64,000 nucleotides of DNA from positions 124,001 to 188,000 of the forward strand of contig JBLWGC010000033.1 of assembly GCA_048772705.1 (NCBI GenBank), read 5' to 3'. This stretch comes from Leidyana gryllorum EB-2025a. Lineage: Eukaryota; Protista; Apicomplexa. Each line of letters starts with the position of its first letter. Positions within the stretch are counted from its first letter, which is position 1. Under the pieces are notes generated by a model. That model was not told the DNA's origin. It did no database searches and saw nothing but the letters and a program-made list of their open reading frames with translations. Shown one piece after another: positions 12,603-25,500 of this stretch. Both the position numbers and the translations under genes were made by a program.

Positions 12603-12857
12603 ACGTCTTGAATGATATAAACTTTGACATCATACGTTGAGATATATAACTGACCGAAACCTAAGATAAACACAATGTGATCATAAAACATTTAGCCAGC
12701 AGAGAATGCCCTCCTTACCCAAAGTGAGGCGGCCGATCCGCGCAGTAAAAGTTGAAAGCGGCAAGAGGAACCCTCTCTCTCTTCTCAGCCGACCTTTCCT
12801 TCAGTCACCACAAAAGAGAGACTGGACGACACGATAGACTCAGCCAGCCATCAGCGG

Positions 12858-13772
12858 CTATCGAGGGCAATACTCCCAAGCGTAGCACAGGTGACCAGTG
12901 ACCTTCGGGGCCCGAAAATCGTCGCTCAACGGCAGTATTTCTTGGGCCGATCGAGCTGACTTTAGCCACCTGAACTTGGACAATGCGCCAATGTAGTAAA
13001 GGCATAAGAGGTTCTCCAGACTCCATAGTCGGCCTGGCCCTTCATCGAGTAAGTCAGCGTCCGCTTGGGCGTAAAGGCAGCTTGGGGCCCAGATGACTGA
13101 CCACAGAGCTCGCCGTATTAAACTTCGGGCCACTTTGGAGGTTACTGTGAAAATCATATGGCGATAAGCCGGCCATCGACCTTCGATTAGGGCTTGACGC
13201 ACAGCAATCTCTACTTGCGATCGGACCATGCACCCTGATCGCCACACTTTCTTCTCTTTGCGGTTGCTGGGTTTGTTCACCCACACTTGTGGGGCTGCTG
13301 CTGGAGTGATGTCGGTGGTGGTGGGTACCATAAAAATTGGATCAGGGAGATAGACAGCGTCGACGGTGACCTCACAGCACCACTTCCCACTCTTGATGAC
13401 CTCCTTGACTAGGTTACGCAAATTGATATAGTAAACCCCCACTTCACACACGTTTGTCCTCCCAAGTCTACCAATATCTCCAGCTACAACAATCAATTCG
13501 TCCCGTTCTGTAACAGCTGCAGGATGCAGAAGAACAGGGGCGAGGGGCCCAAATCCTGTGCGTTTAGCGCCGTACCGTGTGCTTGCAGCGAGAATCAAGG
13601 ATTTGTTGCTCCCTTCACAGCGAATATAAAGGTTTGGGGCTTGACGGGGTTGAGTCACACGGGCTTGAACCACGAGAGACAACATTCGGTAGTGTTTTTT
13701 TGCCCATACTGTTGTAATTGGAAGTTGCACCCAGCTTCCACACACTCGGCGAGGACGACAGTTTTCCTTCAT
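12858..13772 (-). CDS. Hypothetical protein, ~300 aa
   Basis: 304-codon ATG ORF filling the gap between neighbours; start and 3' end uncertain. Confidence 0.5.
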   Translation of the reverse strand: MKENCRPRRVCGSWVQLPITTVWAKKHYRMLSLVVQARVTQPRQAPNLYIRCEGSNKSLILAASTRYGAKRTGFGPLAPVLLHPAAVTERDELIVVAGDIGRLGRTNVCEVGVYYINLRNLVKEVIKSGKWCCEVTVDAVYLPDPIFMVPTTTDITPAAAPQVWVNKPSNRKEKKVWRSGCMVRSQVEIAVRQALIEGRWPAYRHMIFTVTSKVARSLIRRALWSVIWAPSCLYAQADADLLDEGPGRLWSLENLLCLYYIGALSKFRWLKSARSAQEILPLSDDFRAPKVTGHLCYAWEYCPR

Positions 13773-13790
13773 TGATCAACGGGTGCCCCA

Positions 13791-16700
13791 ATGGTGTCCG
13801 ACGGATGGCCAGAACCAGCAGTGGTGGTCCCCGGGCGCCCGCAGTATGAGACAATTGAAACAACAGAACCTTCCATTCACGCACCCAAGAAGCTATCTTT
13901 GTGGGCTCGAATCAGTCAGGCAAAGGGCCGTTTCCTCAATGCGTATGAACGATTCTTTCTGAATCTAGGAGGCTTCATATTCGATCATCCATTATGGGTA
14001 GGTGGTGACTTAAGCAACCGTTCAGCCGACACTGTGCCATGCAGTTCATATCTATATCTCTATTTGTGGTATTCGTGTGCAGTATCTCATTCTTCTTCAT
14101 CCACTTTGAGACTCGTGCCGATCTCTTATATGCATTGCCTGCTTCGCGCGCCCGAAGCGATTTGGCTAAGCTAACAACGGGCTTCGGAGTACCTCCTCGA
14201 GTGAACATGGTCTTCGTGGTGTCCAAGAACAATGATACCATCCTCACTCCACCTGTGCTTAGAAAGATGGAAAGACTCGATCGCTACATCACCAAACAGC
14301 TCAAATCAGCACCCTACAGAAAAAGCAAGGGAGAGGACCGCGTCTGGAGCTATGAAGATGTCTGCTATCGGCAACGCTTGCCGGATGTCAACTTCACAGC
14401 TGTCGCAGATGATGACAATGCATCGCTTCGCCGGCTCGGATCCTCCAACAACGAGGATGGCTGTCAAACCATGACCCCCTTAGACCTCTATCGAGGTCCC
14501 CGCCAGTATGGAACGCCCTTAGCTACACGACAATGGCCTTATATACCCAATATCGCTTCCAATAAGATTGTAAAAGCAGATCTGGTGCTCACCGACCCCC
14601 ATATCGTCAAACTCACCAGCGGAACTACCCGTCTGCTCAACGCCACTGGCTTTCTATTCCTATACCACACAGAGTCCGCCGATCCCAAATCCCTAGTCGC
14701 CTCCTTGGCATGGGAAGAAGCTCTTATCGACTTTGTCAACAACAGGATAAAACCCTATGCAGCACCGGAAGCTAATCAGAAGAGACTCAATCGCTTGGAA
14801 GCCGAACGTAGACATTACGAGGAAACTTACTATACGGTCGAAGAACTGAGCCAGATGAGTACAGTTTCAGAGTTCCTTCCCTTCGACGATACGGATTGGT
14901 CCGATTATCATGTATTTGTGAATGCTCAACGCAGTTGGCGTAAGCTTTGTCAACCCTTTCTGTCAGCCAATGCACACCTTCTTTTGCAGAGGATGAACTC
15001 AGTCGGTCAACCTCCCTGGACGCACGTCTGATGCGCGACTATTGCTTGGCCTTCCTGATCATTGCAACTTACATGATCACCATGAACAGGACCAACAATC
15101 TCGTCAGATCCAAGTGAGTCATCTTGCCACCAGTTTGCGTGTATGTGCGCACGCGCGTTTGTGTTGGACAATGAGACGCGCTTACAACTTTTCAGATCGG
15201 TATGCGGCTTCATCGGAGCTCTGTCCGCGCTGTTCGGTTTCGTAGTTGGTGGAGGGTTCTGCTATTGGTTGGGCTTGCGGCATACGCCTACGATGCACGC
15301 TGCTCCGTTCCTGGTCTTGGCCATTGGTTTGGACAACACATTCGTGGTCTTGAACTTCTACACCTTGGCGCACGCCTATGCCAAAGATCCGCGGAGACGA
15401 TGTGCCATGTCGCTGTCGGATGCGGGCATTTCCATCACCATCACCACATCTACCTCCATCATTTCCTTCCTGGTTGGAGCGGTGGGCCCGTATCTGGCTG
15501 TTCGGAACTTCTGCTATGTTACAGCCATGGGTCTGCTGGGAGGGTACATTATGAACATTGTCCTCTTCTTTCCTTTTCTGTGTCTGGAGGCAAAGGCGGA
15601 GGCCCGTGACGATATTTTCATGGTACCTCTGCCTAATTGGGTGGTCAGACACTTCTTGCCCCGTCGGTGGGTACCAGACCGTGCTTGGGGGAAGCTCTTC
15701 CCACCTGAGGACGATGCAATCGAGAGAACCGGGGGTCATCTGGAGATGCAGAAGACAATTCACAGCGATTTGATGCCTACGACCAGTCAACCACCGAACG
15801 CTTTGGCTGCCACGATGCCCTTTGTCCCGCTGTTCGGCAATCGGTCTCAAAAGGAGTCGGCGACTCCGCCCACCTCTCCCCGAACAGTTCGGCAACAGCA
15901 GCAACAGCAGAACCAGATGCTGGCACAGGCTCACCCCAACTTCAATCAGACACAACCTCTACCCCACCTGCACCCAACGTTCCGCCACCAGCCCTATGCA
16001 GGTTTCAGGACGGGAACTAGCAGGACTGACAGCGATGTGTTTGAAGATCGTGGACAAGGGCTGTCGCTGCCGAGTGATGGGACCAGGAGTGAGGAATTGG
16101 ATCTCCCGGAGCCGTTCCTTCGTGATAAGAGTCTGACTGAAATGATGCCCGTAGAGGACCTGAAGCGATATCATTATATCTACCAAGCGTTCTTCCCTGA
16201 CAAAAGTATCTTTGAGTTGGCGAGTCTTCAGTGGCGCTTCACTAAACGGTACCGAGAGTTGAAGAAAGAGCTGAGACGGCGGAATATGGCTGTGCCTGCT
16301 AATGCCTCCGAGCTCAATTTGGCTCTTGTGCGCCAAGAGGACCTCAAGCTAGTTGATCCAATGCTGACTCCGGCTCCCCAAATACCCCACACTGTTTTGC
16401 CGGCGTTGACGCACGTTATCCGCCTTGTCAGTCGGGCAGCGGATGAGCCGAGCGGAAATGTGGGCAAGATGAGTCGCGGCGTCTTCTTGAACTTCTTAGG
16501 GCCGGTAAGTGCCTTGATTGCGATTGACTATGATATTGATGGTCGGTAGTTGATCTGTCGTCCCTGGATGCAAGTGGCCGTTCTGCTGGCGATGGCGCTT
16601 TATCTGAGCGCGAGTTTCTATGGAGCTGTAACACGCCTGTCGGCGGGTTTGGATTTGGAGAACTTGACCCCCCCTGATAGCTATTTACGAGAAGCTTTCG

Positions 16701-18355
16701 CATTGAGTCATGACAAGTTCCCGATCTTCCCATATGAGACGAGTGTACTGTTCACTGCTCCTGACTACCGCAAACTCTCGAAAGTGTCAGGAAAGGCGAC
16801 CAGTGACGGCGACGAAGGAGTGAGTTTGTTGAACGCTTTCGACTCTGATGAGTATGGGACTCGGAGGGCATCTGACCTGAAGCCGTTGCGATTGGACGAT
16901 CCAGAAGCCCATAGCGGCAGTGGTGCTGGGACAGCGGAATTGATGCAGGGTTACTGGGAGACACTGGGAGAAGTGCCTTGGTGGGAGCCGGGCACCGTAC
17001 AAGGGCTGTTCGATCTCGATCGTGCCTTGAGGGACATGCCGACTACACAAGATATTCTGAATGGAATGTTGCTGTTCTACATTGAGCACAGTCAGAAGAT
17101 ATTGGAAGGCAAGACGCATGAGGACCGTCGCGTACTATTCCACAGATCGCTGTACAAATGGCTAAAGAATGGTGTGGTTGGTCAACACGTCCGCAATCAG
17201 TTCCGGTTCGCTGATCCTCATCCTGAGGACCCTCTGGGCTTACCGAGACTGCTGGGGTTCAGACTTATGATCTTCAACTACAATTTCTTGAACAGCTACG
17301 AACAGAGTCAGTATATGATTGAGGTGAGAGAAACGCGGCAGATTCGTGGGTGATTTGGCCTTTAGATTCGAGACAAATGTGCCCGAGCATCGACTGACTG
17401 GAGAGCGCTGTATGAGGTTGGGGAAGTTCGTAGTCTGGAGAACGGAGAGGAATTGGAGAGTCAAATCAGTCATCCAATGTTTGCGTTGGAGAAGGCCTCG
17501 AAACCTGAGTATCCCAAACTGAGCGTCCCGCCGACACCCGAGAAACGACCAGCAGGTAATGGACAATTGGATTTGGATCTTCTGCCTACTCCGGAACCTC
17601 CCTCAACAGCGGCGAACGGACAATGGGGACTGGAATGGCAGCCAATATTCTCGGCCGGACCCTTCATGGAGACTTTCCTGTACTTCGAGAGTGATGTCAC
17701 CATCTTACTCGCAACTATAGTCAACATGGCGACGGCCTTCATTGCCATTGTGCTGGTGTCGTTCATGTTGATGCGTGGGTGGCTCACGAGTGTGTTGGTG
17801 ACAATGATGATCTGTTGTGTGGATCTCGGTATCTTTGGATTTATGGGATTCTGGAGTATCCATCTGAATATCTTATCAATGATTCTGCTGGTGCTGAGTA
17901 TCGGTTTCAGTGTCGATTACACCGTTCACGTGGTCCATACGTTTACCCACTGCTACGGAACCACTCGTCGTGATAAGATGGTGGAGACGCTGATTCTGAT
18001 GTGCAATCCGGTCACTCATGGGGCCGTGAGTACTTTGCTGGGCGTTCTGCCCATTGCCTTCCGCAAGGAGTTCATCATGGAAACCTTTTACAGAATGACT
18101 CTACTCGTCGTTGTGTTTGGTTTCCTGAACGGAGTGCTCTTCCTGCCAATTATTCTCGGCATTTGCGGACCGGTATTTGAAAGCAATAAACGTGGCACTC
18201 GCAAATTGGAGGCGGAAATCTCAGCCAAGATGAAACCACTATGGAGAGGTGACGAAGAAGATCTGCCCTCCCACGCCAAGACTATAACCAATGAAGAAAA
18301 GATAACCATTCGACCCCGCACTGCCGATAAGGGAAGTCGATTGGTCAGTAGTTAG
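13791..18355 (+). CDS. Niemann-Pick C1-related / Patched-family sterol-sensing RND transporter, multi-exon
   Basis: SSD motifs APFLVLAIGLDNTFV and DAGISITITTSTSIISFLVGA; second TM bundle with SIGFSVDYTVHV and GFLNGVLFLPIIL; GLDLENLTPPDSYL; short GT-AG introns join the ORFs. Confidence 0.93.
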
Positions 18356-18433
18356 AGAGATTTGAGGGCACAAGAGAGAGAGCGCGAGAAGATAGAGATT
18401 ATACACTGTGGGCGCAGAGAAGAAGCAAGCCAT

Positions 18434-18498
18434 TAGTTAGTTAGTCAGTCCGTCCGTTCGTCCGTTGTCTATCTGTCCGTCCGTCTGTCTGTCTGTCT
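18434..18498. repeat. Compound tetranucleotide microsatellite (TTAG/GTCC/GTCT)
   Basis: ttagttagttagtcagtccgtccg...gtccgtccgtctgtctgtctgtc. Confidence 0.8.
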
Positions 18499-18704
18499 CA
18501 CCATCCAAATGGGCTCTCGTCGCTCATCATCATCACCGGTGGACGATTCCCCATCGTTCGCACTTCCGAGTTGCTGGGTGCTGCTAGCCACACGCACACA
18601 TTTTATAGATTAGGGAGAAAGAGTGGAGAGATGGACGGGACGTGGAGAGAGCGCGGGATGCGAAGGAGTCTCTCTCTCAGTCGGTTATTGACTGCCTATC
18701 ATCA

Positions 18705-21700
18705 TTATGCAGTCTCCCAGAACTTGAGGGTGCGTTCTGCCAGAGATTTGTCTATCCGAGGGCACTTTGCAAGAGCGCGCGAGAAGCTGCATCCGCATAT
18801 CGTTTGTGGCTGATGGTATTCTGCTTTCTGCCCGAGAGAAGCCTCCAGGAGGCTATAGAGTTTGTTGCAAGGATTAGTTGGATCGGCTTTCAAGGCTTCG
18901 AGGAAATCTTTCGCATGGGTGACCTTCTCAAAGTCGACTCCAGAGTCTTCTAAAGCTTTCAACCATTCTTTCCAACTGTCTCCCGTGGGATTGGCCAGGT
19001 GGAATACACATTGATGGACGAAGCCTGGCGAGGGAGGGTGGAAGAGGATCTCTTTAACACACTTTGCTGCGGTATCCACAGGCACAAAGGTTCCGGTTGA
19101 GAACTCTGCTGGCACTTTCTTCAGCTTCATCGCGCCATGTACCGTCAACATGGGGATCAATTCATCCTTCCTGCATTGGGTTGACATTCAAAGAAAAAGA
19201 GACAGGCTAACGCTTACTTCCACGCTCCCTTTTTAGTATCGCCGCATAACTGATCGCATCTCACAATCCGCACATCGGTACCAAACCGTTTGTGCGCTTC
19301 CATACACAAGGCCTCGGCGACAAACTTGGAAAGTCCATAACCGGTCTTGCTGGCGAACTTCCACTGTTCGGGACCAAAGAACTTCTCCTCCAACGCTTGA
19401 AACTTGGACCCTTCGGATATGGTGGCCATGGAGCTGACGAAAACCATCCGTTTCCGTGCGGTCTGCTCCGTGCAAAGCCTCAACAGTCTGCTGGTCCCTT
19501 GAATCCAGTCTCGCTCGTAATCCTTGAGGCGGACATTAAAGTCAACCAGCCAAGCATTGTGTACAATATCCGTCACTTCGTGAATAACACGATCGAACAT
19601 TTGAGTGTCCATTCCGAGTTGTGGGTCGCCGGCGACATATGGTAAGCACTCGACCCGATTGTGATCGTCAAAGATCGTTGGGTCCATTGACCGCCTTTCA
19701 AATGCTTTCCGCATTCTATCTGCGGGGTTCGGACCTCTCAATAAACAGTAGACCTTTCGCACACTCGGATCTTCAGCCAGAACTTCAACCAGATGACATC
19801 CCAGACTGCCGCTGGTTCCCGTTACCAGCACCACTGCCGGTTCGGTGGCCGCTGGTATCAGACCAATCGTTGTTGCTGTGCTCGGAGTTGTGCCACTCAA
19901 GGAGGTACTATCTTCCAGAGATGCCAAACTCCGCTGTAGGAGGGCAGCGACCTCTTCCTCCACGGTCTGTTTGGCCGAGGCGCTCTTCTCGTCATCCTCT
20001 GCCGGTATCAACGCTGCCATAATCTCGGCTACCGTCGAGTGCTCATAGAGGAAATGCACATCCACTTGCTCTCCTGTGAAGACAGTCAACTGTTTCCGGA
20101 TAGACTCGGCTTTCAGGGATGTCATTCCCGCGTCCAAAAGGCTCTCGTCCTTTCTCAAGGTGCCCTTGGGACACTCCAGTTCGCGTTCCAACACCTCGAT
20201 GATACTCGTTTCGATAGTTTGGCGTTGTTGCTCGAACACATAGCGGCTCAGTTCGGCAGCGGTCGCGTGCTCGTACATGGTGCCGATAGTGAGCTGGATC
20301 CCCGGGAACAGTTTCAGCAAAGTTCCTCGCAGAGACGACACCACTTGTGAGGAGAGACCCAAATCGGTGAAAGATGCATTGAGATCGATCTCCTTTGTGT
20401 CGACGATTGATTGGATCTTCTCCAATATCAGAGACTGAACATCGTCTTTTTTCAAGGCTGCTGGGGCGGTGTCGGAGACACTGGTGGGGTCGTAGAGCTC
20501 GTCCAGGACGTCTCGGTACTGTTCTATGGCCTTGGATCTGGCGACATTGCCCTTCTGACTGATGGGGAGGGTTTCGTTCTTTTCCAGAACATAGATCATA
20601 TCGGCTGCGATTCGGGAGTGGGCGGGCGTAGACTGGTTGGCTTCCGCTACAGCTGCTGCCACTGGAGTCGCCATGGCCTCGGCGGACACTTTGTCATTGG
20701 GTAGGCTCTCCCAATCCAACTCGACCAGCGCCGCAGTGGTGAGACGGCCCGTGCCTGCGACAGCGACCCGTTTTATATAGTCACGTGACCCCTGGATTTT
20801 GAGTTCCAGAGTTTTGGCATCAGTCTTCTTGCCATTAACGTGGTTCAAAGTGTCCCCGGTGCGGCCATAGTGGCACCACAAACCCGCAAGGGGTCCCCGA
20901 ATAAAGAGATCTGAGGTGGCGAAGCCTTCTTCACAATTGGCGACAGCGGGGGCCAACGTGATTGAGTCATTGAGGACAATGAGCTCATAGGTCGAGTCCG
21001 AACTGCCCTCAATGCTGCGTGGAACAAATTTCCAGGAAGTGTGAGAACTGGGAGTCATAGCGAACGGTCCGTCATTTTCCAGATGGCGGGGTCGAAAGAT
21101 CATTCCACACTCGGTGGATCCGTATCCGGTGAGAAGTTTGACGCCGTTCTGTTTGTACGAGTCTGCGATCTGTGTTGGCAGATTCGCTCCTCCATAGAAG
21201 GCGTAATCCAAGTTTCTGAGGATTTGCCATCTCGGGTCTGTGGGAGACTGTAGGGCCGATGCGATAACTTGGTGCATAGCCGGGACTGTCTGTAGGACCT
21301 TTGCCTTTGACTTGACGAGACAATCGAAAATCTCGTCTACACGGGGTGGGAAGGCTCTGAAGAGAGGGAAGATGAGACATGTGGCAGCAATGAGACTGCT
21401 CAAGGCTCCGTCCACCAACATTCCCCCCAGACTCATGGGCATCAGAACAAACCTCCGGTTAACTTTGTAGAGTTTCCTCTCAGACTCAGCATAAGTGATC
21501 AAATTGTCGACGATCAGTCGTTTGTTCCTCAGCCAAATAGGTTTGGGGAGACCCGTACTGCCACTACTATGACAACATATTCGACAATCATCCAACTCTA
21601 TATTCACATCCCCTTGGCATCGCAGAGGTCTCGCCATGGGTGTTTTCTGGGCCGCCTGCTGCCATGTGAGGTCGTCAACGATCACAACGTTATCCATATC

Positions 21701-22246
21701 CGACAGCTTTTCCGCCTCGATCCCCTCGTTGGTCAAGAGCAGTTTGGCGCCGGTCTGTTTCATGAGGTTCTCCACACTCGCCCGTGTCTGTCCTGGATTG
21801 ATCATCAGAAGCTTGCGATCCGACCTGTCCGACGAAAGTCAGCCGTCACCTGTGAGCATCAAGACGCACCTCAGTATCCCCAACAAGAGGAGGAAAATCG
21901 TCATGTCATCGTCGAGCATAACACCAATGGTGTCATTTATCCCCGCGCGGTCGCCCAAGAGATCCTCGATCAATCCGCCCATGCGACAAGCCATCGTCCA
22001 CAACTCAGCCGTCTCAACGTCTACATAGTCCGACTTGTCTTCAGAAGGTATCAAGACATTCACATTGCGAGGATTTGTATCCGCATGGTGTTTCAGAATG
22101 TGCATAATTGTCGGGTACTCAAACACGTTTACCGGGAGCCTGGGCGCAATCTCCTCGAGCGTACAGTGATGCTCGAGGCTCGTAATCATCGGTCTCACTT
22201 CTTGCGTCGACATGAGAAGTATCCCACGTGCATGCTCCTCCACCAT
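18705..22246 (-). CDS. NRPS-like carboxylic-acid-reductase-type enzyme 1 (A-T-T-R), 3 exons
   Basis: Adenylation motifs HSSGSTGLPK, YGSTE, ATSDLF, GRTGDT, PISQKGN; two carrier motifs (FTDLGLSS, LLDAGMTSL); reductase motifs VTGTSGSLG, HNAWLVDFN, GYGLSKFVAE. Start could be 22246 or 22213. Confidence 0.9.
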
Positions 22247-22321
22247 GACCGGCGATACACACGTGACTACCGAAGATGTCTTGATGGCCGATAAGGGGTC
22301 CAAGTCATCCCTCTCGCGCGA

Positions 22322-22351
22322 CGACAACCCACGCGTCGACAACCCACGCGT
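22322..22351. repeat. 15-bp tandem duplication (CGACAACCCACGCGT x2) in the divergent NRPS spacer
   Basis: Directly visible; lies between the two divergent start codons. Confidence 0.8.
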
Positions 22352-22594
22352 GCCCCCGCATGATACAGAGAAGCCTTTGGTAGACACCGAGGATGCCACA
22401 CAGCGAGACTTGGATCAGATAGGTACACACGATCCACTCAATCCCGCTAAACTCCGGTGATCATCCGGGCCGAGGAGAGCTCATCTGTGTGATTACGCTT
22501 TTGCCGCCCGCCTCTGTTCATTCAACCAACACGAGAATAATGTGCGTGTGTGCAATAACTCATAGGCGTGCCGATAGGCACACACATTAATACA

Positions 22595-25500
22595 ATGAGT
22601 AAATCATTTTCGAAAGGCTCCGCACAGAATCAGAAATCAAAGGTACCCAAACGCCAGGAGAACAGTGTCACCAGCATCAAGAGCTCCAAAAGTGTCGAAA
22701 CCCCAATTCAGGCACCTTCCACCCGCATAGAGCCCACTTCGCAAAAGTCCAGTCATCTTGTAGAGCAGCCTGCAGACAAATCTGAACCTTCCCCGGGCCC
22801 AATCAAACGAGATGAGGCAACACTCAGTGCCGGCGTCCTCTCTGAATTGTTGAGAGAGTCAAATATCACAAGTGGAGAAAGCAATGTCTCTGTCGACGAC
22901 GGCGAAGATGACGACTTGCATTCGGCAGACGGCGACAAGGCTGATACCGAGGGATTCAAGAGTATACCGATTGTGGCCCATACGCCCAATACCCACCACA
23001 CTGGCTCCCCAGCTGTTCTTCCTTCAGCTATCGCGGCTGCTCCTCTGCAACCGGACCCCCCTATATCGGCACCCCAGCCGGTGGCCGAACCCGCCGATGC
23101 CCCAGTGGCCTCGAGCCCCGTTGATGAGACTCAGCGGCCTGCCCGGAGTCCAGTCGTCTCGACTCCCCCGGGCGGCGCCGTCCCTGTGACAGAGGAAAGC
23201 AAACTGACTAATGTGACTCGGAGTATCTCGAAGAAACTCAGTGAAACAGAACAGGCGCGGATGGTGAACGCTGCGGCACGCGAGATTCAGCCAGAAGTGA
23301 ATGCCGAGGCCCACAGAGAAGCGCACCCTGTGACCACTGCCGATTCTAAACGCTTAGACTCGGTGCAACCCGGATCGCATGCTCCACCTCAGCTCGTCCA
23401 CCACGCTACCCTGGAGGATCTACTCGCTGACAGCCCCTTGGACATCCGGAAGAGCCCGTCGATAATGCATATGCTTCACCACAACATGCTGACCCAAGGA
23501 GACAAGGAGATAGCCGTGTTGCCCAACAAGGACAGCTCTGACTACATAGTTCTGACAGTCCGGGACGTCTGGAATCTGTCTGGGAAGGCTTCGAGGTGGC
23601 TCAAAGAGAAAGCTTTGAATGAGACACCGGCTCCGGGGACGTGGGTGGCTGTGCTGCTGGACGACAATCCCAAAGAGTTTGTGTTGACACTCGGACTATT
23701 GAGGTGAGAGACGGCTTCGATCGAATGAGATACAATGTTTTGCAGAGCCGAGTGTAACGTATGTTACATCAGTCACAAACAGAGCTGGGCGAGTGTGAGC
23801 AATCTGCTGCACAAGACAGACTCGAAACTGCTGATCACTCAAAAGCACATCATGGAGACCACTCTGTCTCACCACCAGATGGAGGCTGGGCGAAGAGCTG
23901 TTGTTCTCGAAGACTTTACCATCGAAGATGCCCTCGAGTGGCCCGATTGCTCAGATCCCGAGACTATCCGTCCCCCGAGACCTGACGAGCTGTCCGAGCG
24001 TCGAGTGTGTCTACACAGCAGTGGGAGTACCAAGTTGCCGCATGCCATCTTTCTGCCCAACTCGAGGCTGTTGGTCGATCAAATAGCAGCGGCCAAATGG
24101 GACACTCGTGGCGAACTCGACCAGACGGCCAGACGAATGATCATTAGGTGAGACACACATTGTCAGACGCCACGATCGACTCCACACAGTCCCATGGCTC
24201 ATCTGTTGGGGTTCACAGAGTATATTTGCTCCACGCTGATCCGCAACTCGCCAGTCACCTTCCCTCTGAGTCCACGATTCCCACCTTCTGTTGCAGCGAT
24301 CCTAAAGTGAGTCCATTTGTGTGACGACAATCTGATTTTTCCGATCAAATCCGCAGTTCGATCGAGCGAGGCAATGTGAAGTATCTGGTGACGGTCCCCG
24401 CCATTCTGGACTTAATGTCCGAAGCCTACACCAACGAAGATGAGCATTGGAAGACAATGGAGAAGTTGGATGGAATCGCATACGGAGGAGCTCCACTTCC
24501 CACTCGCATAGCAGAGCGGTTCTATGCCCACGGAGTGAGTCTCAACCGCAAATCCCCTCCCCTCACACACACACTCTCTCTCTCCCAGATCAAACTGCGA
24601 ACTGCCTTTGGCACCACTGAGAGTGGAGTGGCCATGATGTCACAGCCGGCGACTGACGGGCGGTCGCAGATAATGATGCCGGTCGACAGTGCGAGTTGGA
24701 GAATGAAACCGGTGGATGGCGATGCCCAATCTGCTCGGGTCTTCGAGCTGATTATTCTCAAAGACAGTCCGGCGTGTGTGGTTACAAACTGTGATGAGGG
24801 TTTCGCCACTGAGGATCTATTTGTCCGCGGCCCTTTGCCGGGACAATGGATTCACTATGGCCGCTATGGCGACACATTGGTGCACATCAACGGAGAGAAG
24901 ACCAATGCGCGGGCGGTTGAGGAAGAGATCACACAAGCCACACCCATCATACACAAAGCTTGTGTGGTCGGAGCGGGTCGACCTTTGTGTGGTCTGTTGG
25001 TCGAGCTGACTCCCGAGGCGGCATTGGAACCTCAGAAAGATACCTTTCCGATAATCAAAGCCGCAGTGAAACGAGCCAATGACCGCTCACCCGCTCATTC
25101 GCGTATCCTGGACGACATGATCTATGTTCTGAAACCGGGAGAGAAGCTGCCGGTCAGTGACAAGGGCAATCTGAAACGATACGACGTGGATAAGGAATAT
25201 GGCAGAGTGATCGGAGAGCTTTATGGGGACTTCCGGCCCAAAGGTCGCATCGGCCTGGGAAGAAAAGAGATCCGAGAGGCCTTGAGCCAGAGCTATGAAG
25301 AGGTTACCGGACATCAGGGACAGGACATCTTGTCGCATCCCGACACTCCCTTCTTCGAGCAGGGAATGGACTCTCTCGCCGCAGCCGCAATGGCTCAGTC
25401 AATGGGGCGACTGCTCAATATGGGTGTGGGAGCTCAAGTTTTGTACGAGCACAGCACACCTGAAGATCTTATCAAGTTTCTTCAGCGGTCCAGTGTGACG

